In this document: piece after piece, positions 1 through 11,345 of the stretch | Layout: each line of letters opens with the position of its first letter | Position numbering within the stretch: the stretch's first letter is position 1 | Assembly: GCA_951406725.2 (NCBI GenBank) | Contig: OX597817.1 | Span: forward strand, 57,164,001-57,228,000 | Reading direction: 5' to 3' | Source of the DNA: Octopus vulgaris | Lineage: Eukaryota | Length of the DNA: 64,000 nt | Program-made: the position numbers and the translations under genes | Notes under the pieces: model-generated | The model's database searches: none | What the model saw: only the letters and a program-made list of their open reading frames with translations | What the model was told of the DNA's origin: nothing

Positions 1-160
1 TTGAAGTTGACAGTGACACTAACTTCCTCATCCGTAACGCTGCAGATACAGAAAGTTCAAGCGATAATTGTGAGGATTATCCCAGCAATGATCCTATAAT
101 ATGATGGACAAATGATGAAGTCAAAATCAACAGTTCTGAAGGATATAAAGCAACTATTAA

Positions 161-371
161 CCCTTTTGTTACATTATTTCTGTTGAGATGCTCTGTGTTT
201 CTTTCAATTAATTTTAAATATTACAAAGAATTTAGTAAAATAACTTACTTATCATTCAGCTAGTGTTAGGAACATAAATTGTGACTAAAGTTTGGTGGAA
301 GATTTTAATTAAGAACTAATGAAAACAAGACATTTGTACTCAGAGCCAGAGCCGGTTTGGTAGCAAAAGGG
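161..371. mobile_element. piggyBac-type MITE
   Basis: TTAA on both flanks, CCCTTT...AAAGGG termini; homologous to 4529-4749 and 44125-44348. Confidence 0.85.
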
Positions 372-502
372 TTAAACACTTCTGAAAGGGGTGACAGAAG
401 TATCAACATTTTTACGGAGTTTTTCAAGTGTTAACAAAGAAAAGAAGAGAAGAGAGAGAAGTGACTAACATCACAAATGGACGTGAAACACATTTCCCTT
501 AC

Positions 503-608
503 CTTGTAATCTTAAGCTATCCGAGCAGTAGAAGCTTATTAACACAGCCAGACTACATCCATCTCCAATATTACTCAATCCATTTAACACTGGTATCGTA
601 GGATCACA
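503..608 (-). CDS. CAMSAP: CAMSAP-like CH-domain exon (CDPTIPVLNGLSNIGDGCSLAVLISFYCSDSLRLQ); gene continues beyond the left edge
   Basis: ttttctttgcag acceptor and gtaagg donor; 106 nt, phase 0-1; resembles DGSDGAALLAVIHYYCPEQMKL. Confidence 0.92.
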
Positions 609-1589
609 CTGCAAAGAAAATAATTCTCATGAAAGTTGGGTCATTCTAAACTATTCTCTCTAAAATTCAAACTGTACCAAACTGGAATCTATAAATGTAA
701 ATCTTAACGTAATTTTTTTTTAATTAAAACAATATAATGTAATTAATACTAATAGAAAGTAATCTTTTAAATAGTCATTTACTCATCTTAATGTGCATCA
801 CTGATAGGCCACTGTATATACATTAAGTATGATACATAAATTGCTATTTTAATTTAAAACTGCCTCAATGGTGTACACTGAGTGGCTTGAATAGTTTGTA
901 ATCTTGCTGGTCAGTCATTAAATGGCCATGACCACTAACTACTACTGTGAAATATTTAGCCAATACATCTACTGACCAATGCTTTTTGAAGACAATGACC
1001 TTTGACCACTGCCCACCTTTCTTTGCAATGTAACGAGATAATAGTGAGTTATCTTCCCTTTACCCAACAATTCACATTTCCTCAGTTTCAAAAGGAACTT
1101 TTGGGTTTATTATTCAAACAATCCTTTCAGCTGTTCCTAAGTTTTGTCAAATACTACAGTTTAACAGCAAATACAAATTAAGCCAAGTTTCTCACATCTT
1201 AATTAAAACAAAGAGCCAAATAGCAATTCCTCTTTAGGGTATAACAAAGTCGATGACAACGTAGAGAATATTTAGGTTAATAAACAATCCATCACACAGG
1301 TTAAAACCAGTCACTTGCCCTTGAATTTCGTTAACAGGGGCCACTTTGCTGCAAATGATTGGAAGGCGTGACCTCTGGTCTGAAGATAACAAAATTATTA
1401 TAGCTGTAACTATGGAAGACTGGTGGGATTATTATTTGTATGGACTTAAAGATTGGTCGCTATTTGATATTGTTGTTGGGTAATTCTAAATTTCAATTAT
1501 TTACCAAATATCCTATAAGTAGGGGAACTCCTGCTGTGGCTCAAGTATAAAAAAAAAAAAGACGAATAGAGTTTTGTATTTCTAAAATG

Positions 1590-1775
1590 AGGACATAGTG
1601 GAGGAAGGCATTGGTTAATGCAGTGCAGGCAACTAGAGGTTCCAAGTTCGATTCCAAACAATGCACTGAGGTGAATCACAAGACACCTGAAGAAAGCTCA
1701 AGTGTTCAACAGTCAAGATGTAGTGAAAAGTAACGACGAAGATGAGGACAGCAGTCCGACTAATGTAACACTGTA
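1590..1775 (+). mobile_element. Old relative of the tRNA-head/hammerhead element
   Basis: B-box-like AAGTTCGATTCC, then caagacacCTGAAGAa and aagatgaggaca..tccgactaatgtaa, colinear with the copies at 13.8, 18.9, 54.3 and 56.7 kb. Confidence 0.6.
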
Positions 1776-1844
1776 CAGAAGACAAATCAAGTTTAAATTT
1801 GCAACGTTGGAAATCTTTATTAAATGTAGTCATAAAGAACTATA

Positions 1845-2037
1845 AGCGATCTTTCGGTACAAGTACCATAACTGCCAATTATATGGGTTTATTTACATTT
1901 CTGAAGAAAAAAGAAACCCTTTTCCCCCACCCTAACCCCCCATATATAAAAAAAAACTTTACGGAAAGTGACGATCATCTTCTTCAAATGTAAACAAACA
2001 CAGGTGGCAGTTATGGTACTTGTACCGAAAGATCGCC
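1845..2037. mobile_element. MITE with long TIRs (Merlin- or Mutator-like)
   Basis: GCGATCTTTCGGTACAAGTACCATAACTGCCA with an exact reverse complement at the right end; flanks gaactata/aaactata suggest an 8-bp TSD. Confidence 0.75.
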
Positions 2038-2306
2038 AAACTATATCATACATTATGTAGATTGACCAGCTCATCAGGTGAATTTAAACCTAGTCAACCT
2101 CAATTGGCAGGTATTCCAATTAATCAGAAAGCCAGCCAGTTGAGGAATGATGTAATCTATTATGATTACGTTAAATAAAAGTCCTTAGTGAAACAAATGT
2201 TGCACACTCCATTTGTTTTTAGTTTATATATTACACACACACACACACAATAAATTCGGTACAGAATCCCCAAAATAGGTATATATAAATGAAGGGTGCT
2301 ACTCAC

Positions 2307-2457
2307 AAACTTCTGACCACTGAGGGCATCATGATGACTCTGGCTTTCCTTATGTAATAACTGTTGGACATAAAGGCAGACTTGATTCACCCATAATAAT
2401 AATGCATCTTCTACAGTACTCAATATGTGTTGGGAGACATCAAGGTTAGTAAAGCAA
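2307..2457 (-). CDS. CAMSAP: CAMSAP-like exon, start of CH domain (CFTNLDVSQHILSTVEDALLLWVNQVCLYVQQLLHKESQSHHDALSGQKF)
   Basis: cctatttcag acceptor and gtgagt donor; 151 nt, phase 2-0; EDALLLWVNQV matches the CAMSAP EDAMVFWINKV motif. Confidence 0.92.
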
Positions 2458-2509
2458 CTGAAATAGGAACGGAGAAAGAAAAAGGGAAACATTATTAATA
2501 AGGGCACCA

Positions 2510-2705
2510 ATCGTTAGCACGCAGGATGAAATTCTCAGCAGTATTTCATTTGTCACTATCTTCCGAGTTCAAATTCCTTTGAGGTCAACTTTGCCTTTCA
2601 TCCTTTCGGGGTTGATAAATTAATGACCAGTGAAACACAGGGGTCGATGTAATCAACTAGCCCCACCCCTCCCCCACAATTTCAGGTCTTGTGACTTTAG
2701 TAGAA
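2510..2705 (+). mobile_element. tRNA-derived SINE, family C (Nin/Meta-type central domain)
   Basis: gagttcaaattcc B box followed by gtcaactttgcctttcatcctttcggggttgataaa; many copies in the window. Confidence 0.75.
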
Positions 2706-2729
2706 AAAATTTTTTTTTTCCTCATATAA

Positions 2730-3062
2730 AAACTGGCACTCTTTGGTTGCAACCAATGAGGGTTTCAGTTGGTCCAATAAATGGAACAGCCTGCTCATGA
2801 AATTAACATGCAAGTGGCTGAGTACTCCACAGATACATGCATACCCTTAAAACATAGGTTCTCAGAGAGATTCAGCATGACACAGAGTGTGACAAGGCTG
2901 GCCCCTTTGAAATAAAGGTACTACTTATTTTTGCCAGCTGAGTGGAACTGGAGCAACGTGAAATAAAGTGTCTTGCTCAAGGATACAATATGCCACCAGA
3001 AATTGAACTTGTGGCCTTATGGTAGTGACCCTAATACTTTAACCGCTTAGCCATGCACCTTC
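2730..3062 (-). mobile_element. tRNA-derived SINE, family D
   Basis: Minus-strand tRNA-like head plus CORE-like ccttgagcaagacacttta; second copy at about 53855-54165. Confidence 0.7.
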
Positions 3063-3680
3063 ACCTTTTTTGTTTTTTAACATATATGAAGAAATTCTTT
3101 AACAAAAACCATTTTTATTTCATTTAATGTCTAAGATTGGCTTGACAGGGATTGTCTGTAAAATATAGGTATGGATTCTGCAACTTATGGAAAATGGAAA
3201 CGGGTTCTGCAACAAAACCAGAATGGGAACAACTGGTTCAATACAGTAAGGAAAGAACCCCCCTCCCCGCCCCACAACATAATCTGGTCACATTGGAAAT
3301 ATCTTCACCAAACCATAGACCAAGAATCATTAAATCCACAGAATTTCTTGTTGTGTTGCCCCATGTTTACCCTCACCAAACACTTTTATAGTGAACATGC
3401 TGATTGAGACCGAGAAATAACTGGTTCAGCTCTGAGATTGTTCCTTATCCCAGAATACAAAAACCTCACATTTTGAAGTGCCGGTAATGAAACTAAGACC
3501 TTTCTTTATAGTTTTACATTCCAAACAGTAATATTGGTAAATTCCTCCAAACTTTTTATTCTTTTCAAAATGAAAATAATTTCAATGCATAAGCAGTGTA
3601 CATGATTGGAAATATGGTAATGAAAAGTCTATTTAGTCCCTACAAGTTCTCACCTAATGTATAAAAGGTAGAAAACTTAC

Positions 3681-3766
3681 CAAAGGCTGTGTACAATATG
3701 ATCTATAGACACCAAAGTATTAACGTAGGCTTTCATTAAGACATCCAGGAAACTTAAGTGGGCTTT
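3681..3766 (-). CDS. CAMSAP: CAMSAP-like exon (KAHLSFLDVLMKAYVNTLVSIDHIVHSL)
   Basis: tttgtag acceptor and gtaagt donor; 86 nt, phase 0-2; resembles SAHMAMVDALMMAYTVEMISIEKVV. Confidence 0.92.
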
Positions 3767-3912
3767 CTACAAATATAAAATTTTAAAAATACATCAATAA
3801 ATGAAAAGGTAAACAAACAAACACACACACACACACACACACACAGAGTAGATATTGGTATTAAATGCCATTTTTAATAAATTCATCCATTGTCATCAAT
3901 GATGACCAAAGA

Positions 3913-4280
3913 CATCATCATCATCATTTAACGTCCACTTTCCATGCTAGCATGGGTTGGACGGTTTGACTGAGGGCTGGCGAACCAGATGGCTGCACCA
4001 GGCCCCAGTCTTGATCTGGCAGAGTTTCTACAGCTGGATGCTCTTCCTAACACCAACCACTCCGAGAGTGTAGTGGGTGCTTTTACGTGCCACTGGTACT
4101 GGCAACGACCTCACTCGAATTTTTTTTTACACATGCCAACGGCACAGGTGCCAGTAAGGCGATGCTGATAACGATCCTGCTCGAATGGTGCCTCCTACAT
4201 GCCACCGGCACCAGAAGCCAGTTAGCCGCTCTGGCAACGATAACGCTCGGATGGTGCTCTTAGCACCCTACTAGCACGGG
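3913..4280 (-). mobile_element. RTE-tailed non-autonomous retroelement, family A
   Basis: (GAT)n tail, catgctagcatggaaa..gacgttaaa 3' end, gttaggaagggcatccag-type body, 5' modules. Confidence 0.85.
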
Positions 4281-4528
4281 GCATCACATACGATAATGGA
4301 GGGCATGGTGTGACCAGCTGAGGCCAATCAGTCCCATGTTTGCTCAGAAAGCTCTGCTGCAGGTTGTGCACTGGTGGTCTGTTGGGACTGGAGACAAGGA
4401 GTTGGCTCTAGACTTGTGCAGTTTGCATTTTCTTTGTGCCCCTGCAATCCCTTTTTGTTCGTAGAGGGCAGCACATCTGTTGGTGAGGCTTTGCCAGGCA
4501 GGGCAACACATTATCATCATCATTTTAA

Positions 4529-4749
4529 CCCTTTCATTACCAACCCGGCTGAAACCGGCTTTGGCTCTGTATTACAAATGTCTTGTTTTCGTAAGTTTTG
4601 AATTAAAATCTTCCACCAAACCTTAGTCACAATTTATGTTCCTAACACTAGCTTAATGATAACTAAGTTATTTTACCAAATTCTTTGTTATATTTAAAGT
4701 AATTGAAAGAAACACAGAGCATCTCAAAATAAATTCAATAATAAAAGGG
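4529..4749. mobile_element. piggyBac-type MITE inserted in the tail of a family A copy
   Basis: TTAA TSD, CCCTTT/AAAGGG ends; interrupts catcatcattttaa|tgtccac. Confidence 0.85.
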
Positions 4750-5689
4750 TTAATGTCCACTTCTTCCTAGCTAGCATGAACTGGAGAGACTTTCAGAGCA
4801 TTATACAACTGGATACTCTTCCTGCCTCCAACCCTAGTTTGTCAAGAAAGGTATTTCTTATTGCTTTGATTTTCATATATTAAAGTCAACAAACCCAGTG
4901 GGATAGGTAATGCTCTGCATAGTTAAACCCGTAGCAAATTACCACTGATAGAGAGTCACAACTGTTTGACCCACCCATTCTAGTGTCACATAAAACGCAC
5001 TGGTGCCATGTAAAAAAAGCACTGGTGAAACTGTCAAGTAAAAAGTACCCAGTCCAGCATCCTGAGATTCGCCAACACTACACCTGATTTTTCTCCTCTC
5101 CATACACACACAAGCATGTATCTGACTCATACACTGTTCACTTCCCAGACATTTGTACATTACTGCATATGCTTTATACACACTTTTGACAAGTTGTGGG
5201 ACACCTGAGCACTGTATACAATAATTTCATTGTTGTTATTAAAATGGTTGATGCTAGGAAGGACGTCCAGCCATTGAAACTATACCAAAACAGAAGACTG
5301 TTGGTGTAGCCCTCCAGCTAACCAGCTCCAGTCAAACAGTCCACCCATGCCAGCATGGAAAATAGATGTTAAATGATGATGATGATGATGATATGAAATA
5401 AAGAAGGATAAAATACATTGAAAACCAATTCATGAAGAACATGGTAAATCTATTTACAAACCTAAAACCATTAGCAGTTTCTAAGATGGATCTTATGTAT
5501 TAGAATTTGTGAACTTTCAGCTGGATATAGCTTGCCAGCTCAGAACCATTACATATTAAGTATAACCCAGATGTTCTGGTGATCTGATGAGCTAGCTTTC
5601 TACATCTGCATTGATTTCTAAATATACAATTATATTGGATAATGCACTGCAGCCGTATTAGTGCAGACATGTAAACATAATTTATTACA

Positions 5690-6295
5690 CACTGGCCTGA
5701 CTGGTTCCTGTGCATGTAAATGGCATGTAAAAAGCATCATTCAAGCATGGTCGATGCCAGTGCCGCCTGACTGGCTCCTGTGCCAGTGGGACGTAAAAAG
5801 CACAATTGGAGCATGCTTGTTGCCAGTGCTGCCTGACTGGCTCCCATGTTGGTGACACGTAAAAAGCACCATTCCAGCGTGGTCGATGCCAGTACCGCTT
5901 GAGTAGCTCCTGTGCCGGAGGCACGTAAAAAGCACTATTCAAGCATGGTTGTTGCCTGTGCCACCTGACTGGCTCCTGTATTGGTGGTACGTAAAAAGCA
6001 CCATTCCAGCATGGTCGATGCCAGTACTGCCTGACTAGCACTCATGCTGGAGGCACATAAAAAGCACCATTCAAGCATAGTGAATACCAGTACCGCCTGA
6101 CTGGCCCTCATGCCAGTCACACATAAAAAGCACTTACTACATTCTCAGAGTGGTTGGCGTTAGGAAAGGCATCCAACTGTAGAAACTTTGCCAGATCAGA
6201 TTGGAGCCTGGTGCAGCCATCTGGCTTCTCAGTCCTCAGTCAAACCGTCCAACCCATGCCAGCATGGAAAGCGGACATTGAACGACGATGACAAT
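5690..6295 (+). mobile_element. Family A element with about 7 tandem ~66-bp 5' modules
   Basis: Repeated gtgcc..tggcacgtaaaaagcacc modules, then the body and gatgac tail. Confidence 0.85.
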
Positions 6296-7002
6296 GAAAT
6301 TATTATTGCATGGAGTAGGCTGTGAAATGGTCATAAACCAAGGATAACAAGTGGTTCAATAAATTTATTCACCTCTCATACCCCCTGACTTTTTATGGTC
6401 CATATTGTGTGTGTGTGTGTGTGTGTGTGAATAGTCACAAGGGTGTGACTGTTACCTATTACCCACCAGTATCTCATAGCTTTCATTCTTATAACCTACG
6501 TGATAAGTTGCTGCGTATAAGTGATGAACAACACTTGTGAACAATTTTAGAGAAACATTATTCCATTCACCACACAGAATATTCTCCATGTTGGTCTTGA
6601 ATTAAAAATACAACAGCAAAGTCTAAATACCGGAAGGAAAATTCTGTAGTTATTAGAAAATAATTGGTTAAGTAGGCTCCATGAATACACCGCCATGACA
6701 GGAGACAACATCTCACTGGATTCATGATTGCAGAACTCTGACTGCTGTCCACTACTCTAAGAAGTCATTAGAATGAATCCAATGCCACAAAATGAGAATG
6801 CAGGTCACACGGTGGCAATACTCCAAAAACTTTTGGCGCCCAAAGCATCACCATTTATGAGCCTCATTAGGAGATGTTCTAGAACAGTGTTTCTCAAACT
6901 ATCTGATGTGGCATATGGGCAGTTTTTTTTTCCCCAATGTGCCAGGGACCAGTAAAAATTTCTTCATGATATTAATTTATACCAGAAACAATATATATAA
7001 TG

Positions 7003-7238
7003 CAGTTGTATACTGTCAACTTAACGTGACAGTCCCATAAAGGGAATTACACCACCGCTATTTAGCCCTAGGAAGCATCAACGCTTCCTGTCGGCCTTGA
7101 CACATTTCCTGTGTCCTTATGTTTACAAAGGGGAGACAAGCACCCCCATCCAGCTAAGCCTGCATCCAGAGACATGTTTCTGAGCCTTACTCGTCATCAG
7201 CCTGGAGTAGCATGGCCTGCTAGCTGAAGATACCTAAA
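7003..7238 (-). mobile_element. 236-bp insertion carrying a hammerhead motif
   Basis: Flanked by the 10-bp direct repeat ATATATAATG (6993-7002, 7239-7248) inside the hAT MITE. Confidence 0.7.
7165..7206 (-). ncRNA. Minimal type-I hammerhead ribozyme motif
   Basis: UCCAGG-CUGAUGA-CGAG uaagg CUCA-GAAA-CAU-GUC-UCUGGA: 6-bp stem I, palindromic ACAUGU stem III, GUC triplet. Confidence 0.75.
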
Positions 7239-7889
7239 ATATATAATGAATATAATAAAAGCTGACAATTTTTTTTTTATCTTATATTTATTTTGTAAAC
7301 AAATAATACAGTATTATGTAAGCATTTTATAATGTTTCTTTCTTTTCTGGAAACTCGCCGCGTACCGGCAGCTAATGGCTCGCAGACAGGAACCGGTCTG
7401 CAGACCACCACTTTGAGTAGCACTATTCTAGAAGATTCTAGAAAGTTGCATTACTCAGAGCAAGTTGATGTCTCAGTGCTGATTGGTCAGTTAATCAGCC
7501 AATGAAATTACTGTTACTAAGTCATGGTCTCCACTTGGCAATTTGTCAATTCAGTTTTGAATCTGCTACAATATTTACAACGCTAAATCATTTTCTTCAT
7601 AACAACATATACGTTAGAACTTGTAGATTTTGTAGTCAGATATTCTTCCCTCTGTTCAACACATAAGCATCAAAATGGTAGTGTTACCTTATATTAAATT
7701 CAGTTTGTACCTTGTCTCTAAGATCACAGCAGAGACCAGATGCACCTCTGTGAAACATACCAACGTATAGTAATGCTACATTGTTTAGTCAAACCTTTTC
7801 AAGTCCTCGTTAATTTTGGACAGGTATTTCAATCACTTCTGCATCAAGTTTCTCTAATGACCAACCCTCTATCATCCTCATCACAGTCA

Positions 7890-8590
7890 TTATCATCATC
7901 ATTTAACATCCGTTTTCCATGCTGGCATGGGTTGGATGGTTTGACTGGGAACTGGCAAGCCAGGAGGCCACACCAGGCTCCAATCTAATCTGGCTGAGTT
8001 TCTATAGCTGGATGCCCTTCCTAACACCAACCACTCCGAGAGTGTAGTGGATGCTTTTTATGTGCCACCGGCACAGGAGCCAGTCATGGCAGGGGGTTCT
8101 GGCATCGACCATGTTTGGATAGTGCTTTTTGCATGCCACAAACATGGAGAGCTAGTCAGGCAGCACTGGCAACGACCCACACATGAATGGTGCTTATTGA
8201 ATGCCACCAGCACAGGGAGCCAGTCAGACACTACTGGCAACGACCCACACGTGAATGGTGCTTATTGCATGCCACCAGCACAGGGAGCCAGTCAGACACT
8301 ACTGGCAACAACCATGCATGAATGGTGCTTATTGCATGCCACCAGCACAGGGAGCCAGTCAGACACTACTGGCAACGACCCACACGTGAATGGTGCTTAT
8401 TGCATGCCACCAGCACAGGGAGCCAGTCAGACACTACTGGCAACGACCCACACATGAATGGTGCTTATTGCATGCCACCAGCACAGGGAGCCAGTCAGGC
8501 TGTACTGGCAACAACCATGCATGAATGGTGCTTATTGCATGCCACCAGCACAGGAGTCAGTCAGGCAGCAGTGGCATCAGCCATCTTAAA
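7890..8590 (-). mobile_element. Family A element with a homogenised 67-68-bp module array
   Basis: gaatggtgcttatt recurs at 8185, 8253, 8320, 8388, 8456 and 8523; (CAT)n tail at the left end. Confidence 0.88.
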
Positions 8591-9137
8591 TGAATGTTAC
8601 TTAGATCACAAGCAGACAAAAGGGCTAAGAACTGGTGACAACGTTAACAGTGAATTAATAGAAGGCAGCCAGTTGGTAGAATCATTAGCATGCTGAGGAA
8701 AATGCTTAGCAATATATCATCCATCTTTATGTTCTGAGTTCAAATTCTACCAAGGCTGACTCTGCTTTTTACCCTTTCAAGGTCAATAAAATAAGTGTCA
8801 TTCAAACTCTAGGATCAACTTAACCCATCATCATCATCGTTTAACATGCATTTTCCATGCTAGCATGGGTTGGACGGTTCAACTGGGGTCTGGCAAGCCA
8901 GAAGGCTGCACCAGGCTTCAATCTGATCCGGCAGTGTTTCTACAGCTGGATGTCCTTCCTAACGCCAACCACTCCATGAGTGTAGTGGGTGCCTTTTACA
9001 TGCCAGGCAAGGCTGTCAACGGCCCTTCTCTGAAATTGTTGGCCTTGTACCAAAATTTGAAATCAATGTGAACCGTGAGTCAACAGGCACTAAATACATT
9101 TACCAAACATGCCAGAGTTAGGGTTAAGGTAACTTAC

Positions 9138-9247
9138 CACTTTAAAGGGAGAAGTTTGTAATAAAACAGATTCTGTTATAACTTGACCTTCATAATCACT
9201 GATGTAAAATCCTTTCCTAGACAGGGTTTGAAGAATACTGGAAAAAC
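9138..9247 (-). CDS. CAMSAP: CAMSAP-like exon (SFSSILQTLSRKGFYISDYEGQVITESVLLQTSPFKV)
   Basis: ttttactttccag acceptor and gtaagt donor; 110 nt, phase 1-0; resembles SVIQALSRKGIYV..TPVTESDL...PIKM. Confidence 0.92.
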
Positions 9248-10079
9248 CTGGAAAGTAAAATAATTTTGCCGAAATTTAGAATAAGAAAAAACACTGTAAA
9301 ATGATGGGTTGTGGAAATTTTCAGAGCAATACAACAAGGTTAGATGAATTTTGTTAATTATTTGAAATCTGAGGAAAACGGATTCATGTTAGGTATGATG
9401 GTAGTTCTTGGAAAACTGCACAAGAAAGATAAAAGTTGAAAGTACAGTTCTCACGACACTACTGAGGCCGTTCAAGAATTTGAACTTGGAGATCTCCATT
9501 TCCAGCGACTTCGAGGGCCACCTCCCAGTGGTGTTGGGTGTCAACGAAGAGCCCTCGACTACACACAAGACGACCAAAGTTTTTTTCTCCAAGGTATGGG
9601 GTCTCCCGCCCCTAAGCCCTAGACCATTACCTAATCACCCTTACCCATTTTGTTGCTTAACAACAACAACAGCAGTACTTCTAAGTGTTGCACTGCATGT
9701 TAGAGGGGTCAGCAGCTGGACAGAAGGATATCTAGAATAGATTTGTTGGTCAGTCATTCACCCAATGACCTGCAAACGAAAGGTCTGTTCTGCTCAATCA
9801 GAGATGACCCAAGGCTAGAACAGCAGAAACAGTGGAGAAATATGAGAGGAAAGAGACATGAAAAAGAGATCAACTCCAGCCTGGGACACACAATTCATTG
9901 TGACCAAATGAATTAGTAGCCATTCATTGCATTTAATCGAACATTTTATTTGCTTGTTTCCCCACAACCTGAAGGAATGCAATGGGCAGCAAACCAAGTA
10001 GCCAAGGAGTGAGTCATCATCTTTGGACGACTTTGTGTGTGTGTGTGTGTATACATGTGTGTGCATGTGTGTGTTTTGT

Positions 10080-10440
10080 TATTTCACATCTGTTTCCCCA
10101 TGCTAGCTCCAGATTGCACAAGTCTTCTTCAGCAAGTCTCTCCACTCATTGGAGTGGCCTTTAATCTAGATAGAAATCTTATCCTCTTGAGATCAGCCTC
10201 CACCATTTCTTCACGTATCGTCATCAACTGCATGTTTCTTCCATTTCTTCACCCAACTATCAATTTCCAGACCGACATATACCAGCCCCACATTTACACA
10301 CCACATCCGCTGCCGGCCCTTATATCCCTTTTTACATCCCCATCAGCTCAATTGTGCTCCATCCCTCATACATACTAACATTGCATATCTAGGAGCAGAC
10401 TTCGCTTCAGGCTCACTTTCACAGCATGTCTTTCACAATA
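10080..10440 (-). mobile_element. Degraded RTE LINE 3' fragment with a family A-like tail
   Basis: Minus strand resembles the RTE ETWAVK...SMLRWMCNVS region and ends gctagcatggggaaacagatgtgaaat. Confidence 0.5.
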
Positions 10441-10511
10441 GCCCCAGGTCAACTAAAGCCTTGTGAGTGAACTTAGTAGATGGAAACTGAAAGAAGCCCA
10501 TCGTATATATA

Positions 10512-10547
<36 letters not shown>

Positions 10548-11089
10548 CAGTTTGCCTTGGATTCACGTGACGGCAGTAAATGAGTGCCGCCATCATTGAA
10601 GCAGTATCCTTTATTTCCAATCTTTCAAAGAAAGATATCTTGTCATGAAGGAATACTACCTTACAGGTGGGGGGTTGGTGACAGGAAGGGCATCCAGCCA
10701 TACAAAATCCACCTTAACAAATTCCATCCAACCCATGCAAGCATGGAAAAGTGGTCGTTAAAATGATGATGATTATGACAAAGGAAACCTACTTATCTCA
10801 TTTCTTTCCACCTATCACACATTTTTCATATTCAATTCTTATTTTTTCCCCCTTATGCAATATCTTAATCCACAAATATTATATAAACTGCCCTTTGCAT
10901 AAGCAGAGAGTGCATCTGTTACCAGTAGCAGTAATAATTCCATTAACCATTTACCATATCATCCTTATTCTGGGTAGGCTATTATGCTTCAATAACAGCT
11001 TTCTACATCGCATTTGGTCTCCTAAGGCAAAGAAACTTACTACTTCTGAGGAAACAGTTAGGCATTTATATATATATATTATGTTCCTT

Positions 11090-11345
11090 TCAATGTCCGC
11101 ATTCCATGCTAGCATGGGTTGTACGATTGACTGAGGGCTGGCGAACCAGATGGCTGCACCAGGCCTCAATCTTGATCTGGCAGAGTTTCTATAGCTGGAT
11201 GCCCTTCCTAACGCCAACCACTCCGAGAGTGTAGTGGGTGCTTTTTACATGCCACCGGCACGGGGCCAGTCAGGCGGTACTGGCAATGACCTCACTCGAA
11301 TCCTTTACACATGCCACCGACACAGGTGCCAGTAAGGCGATGCTG
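11090..11345 (-). mobile_element. Family A element
   Basis: Near-identical to 3913-4180. Confidence 0.85.

Larger units (their letters stand above)
6885..7425. mobile_element. hAT (Charlie-type) MITE
   Basis: CAGTGTTTCTCAAA ... TTTGAGTAGCACTA termini; perfect 8-bp TSD TTCTAGAA (6877-6884, 7426-7433). Confidence 0.85.

Noticed and set aside
5690-6130. CRISPR-like repeat-spacer appearance (also 8040-8590, 28688-29073, 51000-51220)
   Set aside because: The spacers are homologous to each other, the arrays sit inside retroelements or MITEs, there are no cas genes, and the context is eukaryotic.
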